A stretch of 45,486 bases of DNA from Planctomycetota bacterium (GCA_036479435.1 JAZGFI010000144.1:1-45486); one strand, 5' to 3'; shown: positions 27,411 to 37,074, counted from the stretch's first letter. Program-made: numbers and translations. Notes: generated by a model not told the origin, from the sequence alone.

Positions 27411-28457
27411 ATGTACCGGAGAATCAAGGTGTTGAGATCGAGCTGTCTGTTGGCTTTGATGGGCGTCTGGCTATGCGGTGCTGTATTGAGCAGTTGCGGC
27501 AGTACGGCGCCGGGAAGACTAGAGCGCGCGAATCGCAACGGAGTGGCGGTGGGCCCCGAGGCGAATGCCGTCGCGGCACCGACAAGAGCGCAGGGAGGAG
27601 AGCGGCCCAAATTTTCGACCCAGCATTTGGTGTCGGGACCGGACTACCTGAGTTTTCCGCGGGCGGACGATCGCAGCGTCGCTCGCGTGTCGGGCGAGTC
27701 GCTTCGTAAGAGCCAGGTCTTCGATTACATGTTGACGACCTTTCCCGAAAAGGTGCGGGCGGCGATCGCGGTGATGCTCGGCAACCGGGTTCTCGGCTCG
27801 GAGACGAGAAAACACGGGATTACCGTGTCCGATTCTGAGGTCGCGGATTGGTACCAAGAACATCGCGCCGACCTTGAGCGCCGCGCTCGTTTGGAATTTG
27901 GCGCCAAGACGACTTTCGCCGAATGGCTCAAGCTGAACTATGCCCAGACAGAGTCGCAATACCGAGCCGCTGCGATGAATCGCGAGCGGGCCAAGCAACT
28001 ATTGAGTCGGCTCGTGCGTTTTCTGCAGCGGCGCGAAGATCGCGTCGAATTTCGCATCGTCAGTGTCTCCGACCGCGACTTGGCGACGGCACTTCACCGC
28101 AGCCTCAAAGAAGGAGCTGACTTCGAAGCCCTTGCCCGTCAGTACAGCCTGCACCCAACAGCTGAGCGCGGTGGCAAGATGTTCCCGGTTTGGCGTGGTG
28201 CGCTGAATCCAGAGCTCGAACGCGTCACCTTTGAGCTTGGGCCCGGGAAAATCGGACCCGTGATTTCGACCAAGGGCCAGGCGGGGCAGCAGCGTTTTCA
28301 GATTGTGAAAGTGCTAAAGCACTTCGTCGGCCAAGCCGTTTCCTACGCCGAAGTTGAAGGCGAAATTCTGCAATCTCTGAGAACCCAACCGCTTAGCGCG
28401 GACGAATGGTACTTGTGGCAGATTCGAGTGGAACGTCTGGTAACGCTTGAGCTTTAA
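27411..28457 (+). CDS. SurA/PrsA-like parvulin (PpiC-type) foldase, probable lipoprotein
   Basis: Lipobox-like LSSC, SurA-N-like KHGITVSDSEV, parvulin GADFEALARQYS.HPTAERGG..ELERVTFEL.PG.IGPVI. Confidence 0.8.
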   Translation: MYRRIKVLRSSCLLALMGVWLCGAVLSSCGSTAPGRLERANRNGVAVGPEANAVAAPTRAQGGERPKFSTQHLVSGPDYLSFPRADDRSVARVSGESLRKSQVFDYMLTTFPEKVRAAIAVMLGNRVLGSETRKHGITVSDSEVADWYQEHRADLERRARLEFGAKTTFAEWLKLNYAQTESQYRAAAMNRERAKQLLSRLVRFLQRREDRVEFRIVSVSDRDLATALHRSLKEGADFEALARQYSLHPTAERGGKMFPVWRGALNPELERVTFELGPGKIGPVISTKGQAGQQRFQIVKVLKHFVGQAVSYAEVEGEILQSLRTQPLSADEWYLWQIRVERLVTLEL

Positions 28458-28547
28458 TCCAACTCCGGAGGGCTTCAGGCACGGTTTCATGCGTCAGTCA
28501 GGGCTGATAGACTTATTGTTCAGCCTGAACCGGGAGTTGAACAACGA

Positions 28548-29159
28548 ATGAGCGCAGAATCGCAGCCTGAGGACGTCATTGAGGCCTCGGACCAAGCTGA
28601 GACTGAAGCCCCAGTGGTGGCGAAAGCTGTCGAAACTTGGCCCCTGGAGCGGGTGCAGGCTGCCGTCGAGGCACTCTTGTTCGCTTCGCCAGATGTCTTG
28701 GCGTTTCGCGCGATACGCAAGATCTTCCCCGAAGACGAAGTTCCAACTCGATTGTTGCGGGAGGCCTTAGCGGCCCTGGCTGCCCACTACGTTCCACCTG
28801 GGCGTGGTGTGGTTCTCACTGAAATCGCCGGCGGATGGCAGTTTCAGACCCATGAGGATCAGTTCGAGTGGGTGCAATCGCTGGCGAAGACCCGAAAAGA
28901 GGACCGCGTGACCCAGGCGGCCCTCGAAACTTTGGCGATTATCGCCTACAAGCAGCCGATCACCCGGGCCGAGATCGATGCGGTCCGCGGGGTTGGGAGC
29001 GGTCAGCTCATTCGGACCCTGATGGAAAAAAAGATGGTCAAGGTGGTGGGGCGCGTCGACTTACCGGGCCGACCCTTCCAGTACGGCACCGCACCGCATT
29101 TCCTTGAGCATTTCGGCCTTGGCAGCCTCAGAGATCTTCCGCAGGGGAAAGAGCTCTAG
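28548..29159 (+). CDS. scpB: SMC-Scp complex subunit ScpB
   Basis: VEALLFAS, EIAGGWQFQT, AALETLAIIAYKQPITRAEIDAVRGV, PGRPFQYGT..FLEHFGL.SL.DLP. Confidence 0.95.
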   Translation: MSAESQPEDVIEASDQAETEAPVVAKAVETWPLERVQAAVEALLFASPDVLAFRAIRKIFPEDEVPTRLLREALAALAAHYVPPGRGVVLTEIAGGWQFQTHEDQFEWVQSLAKTRKEDRVTQAALETLAIIAYKQPITRAEIDAVRGVGSGQLIRTLMEKKMVKVVGRVDLPGRPFQYGTAPHFLEHFGLGSLRDLPQGKEL

Positions 29160-29234
29160 CCCTCGCGCGGCCCGATCGCCAGAAGTCTCTCGATACTTGA
29201 GACTTCTGGGCGAAAACCCATCGAGTGGGTGCGC

Positions 29235-29262
29235 TTGTTTCAGGCAAGTCGGTTCCTATAAT
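29235..29262 (+). promoter_or_regulatory. Candidate sigma70 promoter
   Basis: TTGTTT-N16-TATAAT in the intergenic region upstream of 29335; a perfect -10 is notable in GC-rich DNA. Confidence 0.45.
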
Positions 29263-29334
29263 TCGCCCTTCGGCTCAGCGTACGTGTTCGTTGATGGCCC
29301 TTTCTATGCACTGCCGCCTCAGGAGTGAGATCCG

Positions 29335-31476
29335 ATGATCTTCCGCTTCATGGAGAAGTATCGCGTCCCGATTCTCGTCGTCCTTTTGTTGGGACTCGTG
29401 GGATTTGGCGTTTGGACCTTTGTAATCGGCTACTTCCGCGATGGAGGCAAGGGCAAGATCGATTGGGGTGAAACCTGGGCCACCTACGAAGTCGGTGGCG
29501 AAACTCACGAGCTATCGCGAGAAGAATTCGCGATTGCAATGGGGGGGCGGAATGCCCGGTCGGACGAAGAGACTCGCGCCCAAAATGCCCTGGCACACCA
29601 CATCCGCCTGACCATGCTTGATGACAGTGGTATCACGGTCAGCGACGACGAGTTCGAAGCGGCCTTCAAAAAGATGCTTCGCGATCCCATCGAGCAGATG
29701 AACGATGGCAAGTACGACGAATCCATCTTCATCAAGCACAGCAACAGCAGCTACGGCATGACTGGTGAGCAGTTTCAGCGGGCGATGCGTCAAGACATGC
29801 GCATGGCCAAGATGCTCGGCGAAATCAACCGTGTCCACAGCGTCGTTTCTGTTGATGATATCTATGAGACCTACCGGAAGGTCTCTCAGTCCTATCGCTT
29901 GAAGGGTGTCTTCTTCAACGATGCCGACTACGTCGCGGCCGCGAAGCTTGTTCGAGACGAGGCCGGTAACTTGGACGCCGATTCCGACACCAAAATTACC
30001 AAGTATTGGACCGATCTCGAAGAGGCCAAACGCAAGGCCTACAATAAAGACGGTGCCGAGCTTACTGCGGACTTCATCGGCTTTCGTTTCCACGGTAGTG
30101 ACCGCGACGACGAGAAGTTAAGCGCTCTGTTTGAAAAAACTGACCTGCGCTCCAAGACTTCGCTCAAGGAGCTGACCAAAGAGTTTGAGCCGAGTGATGA
30201 CGATCTCGCCAAGCTCAATTTGCGCTTGGACCGCAGCCGTGCCAACTACGGTTTTGTGGGCGACGAGTTCGACCTCGAAAAGGCCTTTGAGGCCAAAAAG
30301 CCGCGCTTGGTGATTGAGTGGAAGATCCTGAAGCTGATGAAGAAGCTTCACGATCAAATCCTGGTCTCGGTGCGAGCCAAAGATGAAGTCGATCTTGCGG
30401 CCTTGGCTCTCGCCAACAACCTCAGCAACTACAAATTCAGCAACATCAAGTTGCAGAAGCTCGTCAAGCACGAGGATTATCCGGGCCAGTACGCCCGTAC
30501 CTTGCTTCGTTTGCAAAAGAACAACTTTTTGACCTATACCGCCGCGGTGGGGCCCAAGTCCAACGCCTTTTTCACCGGCCCGGTGGATGAAGTTGGCAAG
30601 CACGCCTCCGTCTGGCGTTTGCTCGATAAAAACATGAGTCCGATGCCTAAGCTTGGCGATGTCAGGGACGCGGTCGCCGAGGACTACGAGAAGGCGCGCG
30701 CCACCGAGCTGCGCGACGAAGCCGTTAAGGCCTTTGACGATGCGGCAGACGCCTGGCTCGAGGAACAACTAAAAGACGAGCTCAAGCCAATTCGCGACGA
30801 AGCCACGGCTGCGATCGCTGACCGCTCCAAGGATCTCGACGCCGAAAAGGACAAGGCCGAGATCGAGACCATCACGAAGGAAGAGAACGACAAGGCCGAG
30901 GCCAAGATCACGGCGGAGAAGGACAAAAAGCGCAACGACGCCTTCAAGATCGTCCTCGCCGACACTAAGGCGCTGGTCGTCCAAGAGGGCTTTTTTACCA
31001 CCTTCCATACGCGCGCCGAGTTAGCGGTTGATCGTGAGAAAGGCAGCAGCGAAGAGAAGGCCCGTTCGGCGCTTCGAAAGGAATTCTCCGCGATCTTGGA
31101 CGACTTCATCAGCCAGACCGATCACGAGCTTGGAACGGTCAGCGAGTGGGTCGAGTCGCGCACTTATCCCGGCCTCAAGGGTCGCGCCATCTTGCTAGAG
31201 AAACGCCAGCCGACGGTCGACGAAATGGCGTTGAACCCAAGCGGCTTCCAGCAGGCCGAGCACTACTTTTCGCTGGTTCGTGACCGCCAATCGCCGCGTG
31301 AGAGCATTTGGACGTTTGAGAATGTCGGCAACAACTTCAAAGTCGATAGCAGCAAGATCGCGGCGAGCCTCGAAGAAGCCGCCGAGGAAAAACGTCAAAC
31401 CGATCGCGAAGTTAAAGAGCGCAACGAGAAAAAAGCTAAGGCCCGAAAGGCCGCCGCGGCCGCCGCGGCCAACTAG
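29335..31476 (+). CDS. Membrane-anchored periplasmic protein, PpiD/SurA N-domain-like chaperone
   Basis: MIFRFMEKY + TM (PpiD-like start), SGITVSDDE, GMTGEQFQRAMRQD, VSVDDIYETY, PKLGDVRDAVAEDY. No clear parvulin catalytic motif. Confidence 0.55.
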   Translation: MIFRFMEKYRVPILVVLLLGLVGFGVWTFVIGYFRDGGKGKIDWGETWATYEVGGETHELSREEFAIAMGGRNARSDEETRAQNALAHHIRLTMLDDSGITVSDDEFEAAFKKMLRDPIEQMNDGKYDESIFIKHSNSSYGMTGEQFQRAMRQDMRMAKMLGEINRVHSVVSVDDIYETYRKVSQSYRLKGVFFNDADYVAAAKLVRDEAGNLDADSDTKITKYWTDLEEAKRKAYNKDGAELTADFIGFRFHGSDRDDEKLSALFEKTDLRSKTSLKELTKEFEPSDDDLAKLNLRLDRSRANYGFVGDEFDLEKAFEAKKPRLVIEWKILKLMKKLHDQILVSVRAKDEVDLAALALANNLSNYKFSNIKLQKLVKHEDYPGQYARTLLRLQKNNFLTYTAAVGPKSNAFFTGPVDEVGKHASVWRLLDKNMSPMPKLGDVRDAVAEDYEKARATELRDEAVKAFDDAADAWLEEQLKDELKPIRDEATAAIADRSKDLDAEKDKAEIETITKEENDKAEAKITAEKDKKRNDAFKIVLADTKALVVQEGFFTTFHTRAELAVDREKGSSEEKARSALRKEFSAILDDFISQTDHELGTVSEWVESRTYPGLKGRAILLEKRQPTVDEMALNPSGFQQAEHYFSLVRDRQSPRESIWTFENVGNNFKVDSSKIAASLEEAAEEKRQTDREVKERNEKKAKARKAAAAAAAN

Positions 31477-31497
31477 TCTTACTCTCGTCGTCGCAAC

Positions 31498-31551
31498 AGG
31501 CCCTTTCGTTCGTCTCCTCTTAGCAGGGGAAGAATGAAGGGGCCTTTTTTT
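31498..31551 (+). terminator. Hairpin plus T-tract between convergent genes
   Basis: AGGCCCTTTCGTTC (31498-31511) pairs with GAATGAAGGGGCCT (31532-31545), followed by a T run. Confidence 0.6.
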
Positions 31552-31560
31552 GGCGTCTGT

Positions 31561-31830
31561 TCAGTGTCGATGTTTGCACGGCACCGGATCGAAGCCGCTC
31601 TTCGCGAAGGGTTGGCATCGCAACAGGCGCCAAGTTCCCAAAGCGAGGCCTTTGATCGGTCCATGGATCAACAGGGCGTCGAGCATGTACTCGCTGCAAG
31701 TGGGGCGGAATCTGCATACGTTGGGCATGATGCGCGAGATGGTCAGCCGGTAGGCGTGGAGCGGAAGCAGTAGGCACCAGGTGAGGACTCGGCTCAAGGA
31801 TCGGGACCAAGTCCAAGTCCTGTCGTTCAC
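31561..31830 (-). CDS. yidD: Membrane protein insertion efficiency factor YidD
   Basis: YRLTIS..CRFRPTCSEY..AL..HG..KG..L..WRLLRCQPF..SGFDPVP. Confidence 0.95.
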   Translation of the reverse strand: MNDRTWTWSRSLSRVLTWCLLLPLHAYRLTISRIMPNVCRFRPTCSEYMLDALLIHGPIKGLALGTWRLLRCQPFAKSGFDPVPCKHRH

Positions 31831-32201
31831 TGATCGTTGACCTTGGGCTCAAGTTTCTCCAGGAGCCGACGAAAAGCTCGGCTGCAGCGCGAGAAATCCG
31901 CACAACTTCCGCCGCGCTGAGGGATCGCCACGATGTCGATTGCGGCGGGGATCTCGTGCTGCTGCAATCGAAAGACCTCGCGCAAGACGCGTTTGATGCG
32001 GTTGCGACGAGGGGCGTTGCCGTGTTTTCGGCTGACGCTAAGGCCGAGCCGTGCATGCCCCAAGTCGTTGTGGCGCCAATAGAGGATTAGTTCGCGGCTT
32101 CGTACGGCAGTCCGCAAGGCGTAGATTTCACGGAAGTCGCGACCTGAGCGCAGGTGCATCCGTTTGGGGAATTTGGCTCGCGGCGCTTGCGGCTCAGTCA
32201 C
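31827..32201 (-). CDS. rnpA: Ribonuclease P protein component
   Basis: FPKRMHLRSGRDF, RLGLSVSRKHGNAPRRNRIKRVLREVFR (RNR motif). Start reassigned to GTG 32201. Confidence 0.93.
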   Translation of the reverse strand: MTEPQAPRAKFPKRMHLRSGRDFREIYALRTAVRSRELILYWRHNDLGHARLGLSVSRKHGNAPRRNRIKRVLREVFRLQQHEIPAAIDIVAIPQRGGSCADFSRCSRAFRRLLEKLEPKVNDQ

Positions 32202-32202
32202 T

Positions 32203-33321
32203 TCAGCTGCCAAGGTCACTCTGCACCCGGGCGCGCAACCGGTAGGCGCGTCGCGTGTTGTCATCGATTTCGGGGTTGGACTTGATGTAGGCCTCGATGT
32301 GGCGCAAGGCCTCCTTCGGTTCGCCGAGTCTCTCGTAGCACTCGGCGATCGGGACGTTGAGGGCAACGCGGCGTGGATTCAATTCGGCGGCCTCGGTGAG
32401 CAAGGCCAAGGAATCGGCATAGTTGCTCGCCGCATAGTGGACCTCGGCGACTTGAGTCAGCACGTCGACGGCCTTGGAAACGGCCGCGCTTCGCTTGCCG
32501 TTGATCGCTTTTTGGGCCTCAAGTGCGTACTTGTCCGAGGCGTACTGCTCCGGCCACTCCTCGAGTCGGCGATCCCAGTTTTCAATGTTCTTGCGCGCGA
32601 CGGACAGGTAGCGCTCGTAAGCACGCAAGGATGCGTTGGTGTTGCCGACAATGAGTTCCAGGTCACCCTGATTCAAGATCGCGTCGGGCGCTGCGTATTC
32701 CATCGTGGCGAGGCGCCGAAACAGCTCCAGGGATTTCTGGTTGAGATCGCGGCGCCGAAGATCGCGTTTCTTCTGTTCGGCGAGCAGCTTGTCGCCGTTG
32801 CGGGCTCCGCCTTCGCCAAGGACGCGGTCGATGGAATCGCTGCGCATCTTGTCGAGGCTCGCCAGCGCTCGCCAAGTCATTGCGAGGCCGAGAGCATTGC
32901 GCCACTCACGCCCCGTGCCGTCGGCAGTGCTGGCGGGCAACTCGCCGGAGTAGAGGCTCTCGAAAGTGCGCTCGGCGATGATGAGATTTTTTGCCCCGCC
33001 GTTGAAGTTGCCAAAAGCCGCCTCGTTGAAGCCGATGCTGTAGCAGCAATAAGCGTAGCCGCCTTTGGCGACGGCGTCATCTGGCTGAGTCTTGAGGATC
33101 TTTTTGAACTGGTTGCGTGCGCGGTAGTAGTCGCCGGCATCGTAAAACGCGATGGCATTTTGCTTGTAGAGTTCGGCGTCGCCTTCAAATCGCGAGCCGT
33201 CGTCGTTGACGCTGAGAAACTCTGGCTGGTCGGGGACGTCATCGACTAAGGAAGAACAGCTGACGAAGAACAAGATGGCTCCGGCAACGATGCCGTGGCG
33301 TAAGATGGCGGGTGCGCGCAT
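32203..33321 (-). CDS. TPR-containing lipoprotein
   Basis: MRAPAILRHGIVAGAILFFVSC lipobox-like signal (start reassigned to ATG 33321) and several TPR-like helical pairs. Confidence 0.7.
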   Translation of the reverse strand: MRAPAILRHGIVAGAILFFVSCSSLVDDVPDQPEFLSVNDDGSRFEGDAELYKQNAIAFYDAGDYYRARNQFKKILKTQPDDAVAKGGYAYCCYSIGFNEAAFGNFNGGAKNLIIAERTFESLYSGELPASTADGTGREWRNALGLAMTWRALASLDKMRSDSIDRVLGEGGARNGDKLLAEQKKRDLRRRDLNQKSLELFRRLATMEYAAPDAILNQGDLELIVGNTNASLRAYERYLSVARKNIENWDRRLEEWPEQYASDKYALEAQKAINGKRSAAVSKAVDVLTQVAEVHYAASNYADSLALLTEAAELNPRRVALNVPIAECYERLGEPKEALRHIEAYIKSNPEIDDNTRRAYRLRARVQSDLGS

Positions 33322-33404
33322 AAGTGACCTCTGGTGAATCCGAGTCTGGAGTCTATCCATCACCTCTCGAAAGGGAAGAAAAAGGCTCTTCTGAGAGCCC
33401 GATG

Positions 33405-34880
33405 TTAGGGCTTTTGTCCTTCGAGGCGGGAGATCCGGTCGGGTTCCAGCCGTACCATCAAGGTGCGGTGGCTTTGCAGGATCACCTTGCCCGGAGCGGC
33501 ACCGCGGAATTTCTGGACATTTTTTCGCCGGGTGTAGGAGACCGCTTGTCGTCCCGCCTTGCCCGCTTTGGAATAAAGTACGGCCAAGGTTGCCGCGTCG
33601 AGCAAAGACTGTTCGGGCAGCTCGCCTTCGGTTTTTACCACGACATGCGAGCCGGCGTAGTCTTGGGCATGTAGCCACCACTCGTTGCCGCGGGCGCAGC
33701 GGAAAGTCAATTCGTCATTGTCGCGAGCCCCGCGCCCGACCCAGATATCGAGGCCGTCTTTAGATTGATAGGTCTTGTAGGGTTTTCGGGCTTGGACGAC
33801 GGGTTTTTTCTTTTTGCCGGCTTGAGCAGGCGCTTCGACCTTGACGTCGAGAACTCGGAGCGCCTTCAGAAATTCGGGGAGATCGTCCCTTTCGGCGCTG
33901 CCGAGCTTGATCTCCAGGTCGTTCAGCGCAGCCAAGCGGGCGCGTTGTTCTTCGAGTCTTTCCGAAACGACTTCTTGGCCGCGGATCTTCTTCTTCGCGC
34001 GAGCGAAGATATTCGCGATGTTTTCCTGCGCAGACAGCTTGGAATCCAGAGCGATGTCGACCCAGACTTCTGAGCCCTCGGGCGCAGACCAGTCGCGGAC
34101 GCGAATGGACTCCATGCCGCGAGTGATCTCGTGCATCGCTCCCTTTAGGAGCTCGCCGTGTTGGCGGAGTTCCTCGCCGCCCTCAGAGCGCCGCCAATCC
34201 TGTTCGATCTTGCTGACGCGTTTAACCTGGCGCTTCAGTGCCTTGGTCAGGGCTCGGGTGATGGAAGCACGATCTGAGCCGTCGACCGGTTTGGGGAACA
34301 ACTCCTCGTCCAAGGCCGCCAAAATCGCCGATGGTTCGCGATCTTCGAAGCGCGAAAAAGGGGGGCGGTCGAGATTGGGCTTGAACTCGGGAGGTGGAGG
34401 AGGGGAGTAGGGGAGCCCGCGACGAAGGTCTCTTTTTTCGGAGTGAAGCCCGCTGCTGGCCGCCTCGATGATGCCTTTTGGGTCGAGCACGAAAAGGACA
34501 GGGCGAGTCGGAATGAACTCGATTAATAGTCGTTTCTGCTGCACTTCACCTGCTTCCATCTTGTCGATGGCCATGACGACGATGCGGTCTTTGCCATCGG
34601 CTTCCAAGCTGCGCACGCGGCCATTCTCCAACAGTTTTCGCAAACTGCGACACAGAGTCGGAGCGTCCGGCGGGTTGGGGAGGCCTTGTTGCGTGGGATG
34701 AAAACGAAGAGCGCGGGCGTCGAGGTCGAAGAACAGTCGCGTCTTGCCTACACCGCTTTTGAACAGACTCAGAACGAAGCGGGTCGGGGAAGGCTGTTGC
34801 ACTTTTTGGATGGCAGCGCCGACGACGCGATCGTGGAGCTGATCACAAAGCCAAGCGAGTTCGACAGCGGATAGATTCAT
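33405..34880 (-). CDS. rqcH: NFACT-family ribosome quality control factor (RqcH/Rqc2/FbpA-like)
   Basis: NFACT-N (IQKVQQP..LRKLLENGR..DRIV..LLIEF), coiled coil (GELL..LDSKLSAQEN..F.RAKK), NFACT-R (IWVGRGARDNDELT..WLHAQDYAGSHVV..AATLAVLYSK..PGKV). Confidence 0.88.
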   Translation of the reverse strand: MNLSAVELAWLCDQLHDRVVGAAIQKVQQPSPTRFVLSLFKSGVGKTRLFFDLDARALRFHPTQQGLPNPPDAPTLCRSLRKLLENGRVRSLEADGKDRIVVMAIDKMEAGEVQQKRLLIEFIPTRPVLFVLDPKGIIEAASSGLHSEKRDLRRGLPYSPPPPPEFKPNLDRPPFSRFEDREPSAILAALDEELFPKPVDGSDRASITRALTKALKRQVKRVSKIEQDWRRSEGGEELRQHGELLKGAMHEITRGMESIRVRDWSAPEGSEVWVDIALDSKLSAQENIANIFARAKKKIRGQEVVSERLEEQRARLAALNDLEIKLGSAERDDLPEFLKALRVLDVKVEAPAQAGKKKKPVVQARKPYKTYQSKDGLDIWVGRGARDNDELTFRCARGNEWWLHAQDYAGSHVVVKTEGELPEQSLLDAATLAVLYSKAGKAGRQAVSYTRRKNVQKFRGAAPGKVILQSHRTLMVRLEPDRISRLEGQKP

Positions 34881-34891
34881 GGGCTTAGGCG

Positions 34892-34925
34892 GCCTTCGCG
34901 ACGAGTGTTGTTACGCCGCGAAGGC
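34892..34925 (-). other. Intercistronic 12-bp hairpin between ndk and rqcH (no U tract)
   Basis: Minus strand GCCTTCGCGGCG...CGTCGCGAAGGC. Confidence 0.4.
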
Positions 34926-34946
34926 GTGTAGATCCCGAAGAAAGAG

Positions 34947-35411
34947 CTAAAGCTCTTCCGAAGCGTCGTAGATCCAGTTCAGATTGCCGAGGGTGTAGTC
35001 TTGTACTTCGCCTTCGTTAAAGAAGAGGCCGAGTTCGCGCTCGGCGGCTTCCGGCGAATCTGAACCGTGGATCAAGTTGAAGCTGTTGCTGACCCCGAGG
35101 TCGCCGCGGATGGTGCCGGGTTCGGCGTTGCTGCCAAAAGTCGCGCCCATCATCTTGCGAGCCATCGCGATGACGCCGTTGCCACGCACCGCGAACACGA
35201 CGACAGGTGAGCTGGTCATGAAGTTGACCAATCCCTTGAAGAAGGGGCGCTCTTTGTGGTCAGCATAGTGCGTATGTGCGAGGTCTTTAGAGATCGTCAT
35301 CATTTTCATGCCGACGAGCTGCATGCCTTTTGCCTCGAAGCGGCCGATGATTTTGCCAACGAGCTGGCGTTGGACGCCGTCGGGCTTAACGATGAGGAGT
35401 GTGGTTTCCAT
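34947..35411 (-). CDS. ndk: Nucleoside diphosphate kinase
   Basis: IVKPDGVQR.LVG.II.RFE, HY..H..RPFF, PGTIRGD, NLIHGSDS. Confidence 0.98.
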   Translation of the reverse strand: METTLLIVKPDGVQRQLVGKIIGRFEAKGMQLVGMKMMTISKDLAHTHYADHKERPFFKGLVNFMTSSPVVVFAVRGNGVIAMARKMMGATFGSNAEPGTIRGDLGVSNSFNLIHGSDSPEAAERELGLFFNEGEVQDYTLGNLNWIYDASEEL

Positions 35412-35536
35412 GGCTTATTTCCGTGTGTGGTGTTCGGTCTCGATCAAGATGCCCTGAGCGATCTGAGGCCATCTTAGGCCCGCAGCTTGGCGGCCCCAAG
35501 GCCAGGTCGCGGCGGGAGCCGCGGTAGCGATGGGGG

Positions 35537-36058
35537 CTATCGTCCCAAGTCACGAAGCAGGCGCTCAAGGCGAAGTTTGGCCTTGGGGTTCGCCACCATG
35601 GCTTTCTGAAGGCTCTTGCGGAGAGTGGCCGTTTGAGCGGCGGCGGCAGCTTTTTGTTTCTGCAAAGCCGCGAACTCGGTTTGACTTTTTGCAAGCGCGC
35701 CTTTGGAGCTGGCGATCTTGGCTTTTTCGGTCGCAACAGATTTGGCGAGAGCGTCACTCTCTTTGCTGAGTCCCTGCAGTTCCTTGGCGCGCTTTTTGTT
35801 GACGTCGCGCAACTGGGCGATTTCCACGCGTAGTTCGCGAAGCTCAGATTCGGATTCCTGCACCATTTCGCGGTACTCGTCGCTCTTCTCTTTGGCCCAG
35901 CTGTAGCGTTCGACATAGTTTTGGATCCGCCCCAGCTCACTCTGGGAACGCGCGAAGTAGCGCTCTTGCTTGTTCATGCTGATCGATTCCGTGGCGCATC
36001 CGGAACCCAAGAGGGCCGCCGTCAAAACCAAGGCGAGGCGATGATAAGGAAGGGACAT
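35537..36058 (-). CDS. Coiled-coil lipoprotein of unknown function
   Basis: MSLPYHRLALVLTAALLGSGC lipobox-like signal (start reassigned to ATG 36058) followed by a long heptad-rich helix. Confidence 0.65.
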   Translation of the reverse strand: MSLPYHRLALVLTAALLGSGCATESISMNKQERYFARSQSELGRIQNYVERYSWAKEKSDEYREMVQESESELRELRVEIAQLRDVNKKRAKELQGLSKESDALAKSVATEKAKIASSKGALAKSQTEFAALQKQKAAAAAQTATLRKSLQKAMVANPKAKLRLERLLRDLGR

Positions 36059-36238
36059 GCGACGGACTCCAAGGTGGGGGACTTCGGCTCTCAGTATAGG
36101 CAGGAATGCGGTCCAAATCACCGGTTCTGGCTACAGGTTGCGACCTTGGGAATCAGGTGGGTGCGGCCTTTTATTCAAAAGACGTAAGGCGTTTGGCCTT
36201 AACATATTATGGCATTATCAAGAGAGTGCTTTGGCCGC

Positions 36239-36266
36239 TTGACGGCCTAGACCCCATTGTTAGGAT
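36239..36266 (+). promoter_or_regulatory. Candidate sigma70 promoter of the atp operon
   Basis: TTGACG-N16-TAGGAT with an extended -10 TG, in the divergent intergenic region. Confidence 0.55.
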
Positions 36267-36395
36267 GCGCCGGCACGGGGGGGCTTGGCCCGCACCGACC
36301 ATCTCGCCTCTCCAGACCATTTCGATGCTTGCCATTCCCAGGTTGGGACTGGCCGGAGATTAGGGCTGCTGGGGCAGGAAAAACCGAGTGCTTTC

Positions 36396-36674
36396 GTGAC
36401 GAACCGCAAAGAGACCTCATTTGGTGCCTACGCCGGCGTCGGGGTTTCCTTCATCGCGGAGACGGGCCTGTTCGCGGGAGCGGGCTGGTGGTGTGACGGG
36501 TTTTTTGGAACCCGTCCTTGGCTCCTCGTTGTTGGCATGTTCGTCGGACTGATTGCCGCGACTTATCACCTGCTCAAGTTGGTTGATGGGATCGAGGCAA
36601 AAGCGGCTCGCGCCGGTGATCGGGATTCTGCGCCCACCTCCGAATCGTCGGAGGGGCCGCAGCGAAAGCTCTAA
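36396..36674 (+). CDS. AtpZ/AtpI-family small membrane protein (ATPase gene 1)
   Basis: AGVGVSF....LFAGAGWWCDGFFGTRPWLLVVGMFVGLIAA; first gene of the atp operon. Start uncertain (GTG 36396 chosen). Confidence 0.85.
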   Translation: MTNRKETSFGAYAGVGVSFIAETGLFAGAGWWCDGFFGTRPWLLVVGMFVGLIAATYHLLKLVDGIEAKAARAGDRDSAPTSESSEGPQRKL

Positions 36675-36684
36675 GGAAGACCAG

Positions 36685-37074
36685 ATGCGCGCCTTTGTGC
36701 TTTTGTCGGTCGTCTTCGGGGTGTTGGTTACGAGCTTGCTCTGGTTTGTTGCGGTCTCGTCTTTTGGCTGGTTGACGGCAACAGAAGCGGGCATCGCGGC
36801 TTTGGCGGCTTGGTTGATGAGCACGACCGGCGTCGGAGTCTTGATCGCAGGCACCTTGGCTAAGCCTGAGGGCTTGGTGGGCTTTTTGGTCGCCGGAATG
36901 CTGGCGAAGATGCTCGTGTTTGCGATTGCCTTGGCATTGATGTTTGGCTTGGCGAGCGAAGAGCTGCGCCCCGACGTCACCGCCATTGCTACCTTGGCCG
37001 CCTTTTTGCTGCTCGGTGGCGTGCAGTACGGATACGCCTTGCGAGTCTTGGGCCGCAAGGCAAACTTCAAATAA
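36685..37074 (+). CDS. ATP synthase protein I-like four-TM protein
   Basis: Four hydrophobic segments, GMLAKMLV motif, positioned between gene 1 and atpB; RBS AAGGA before ATG 36685. Confidence 0.65.
   Translation: MRAFVLLSVVFGVLVTSLLWFVAVSSFGWLTATEAGIAALAAWLMSTTGVGVLIAGTLAKPEGLVGFLVAGMLAKMLVFAIALALMFGLASEELRPDVTAIATLAAFLLLGGVQYGYALRVLGRKANFK

Noticed and set aside
32164..33249. 361-aa plus-strand ORF
   Set aside because: Antisense to the TPR lipoprotein, which fits the minus-strand operon and has a lipobox.
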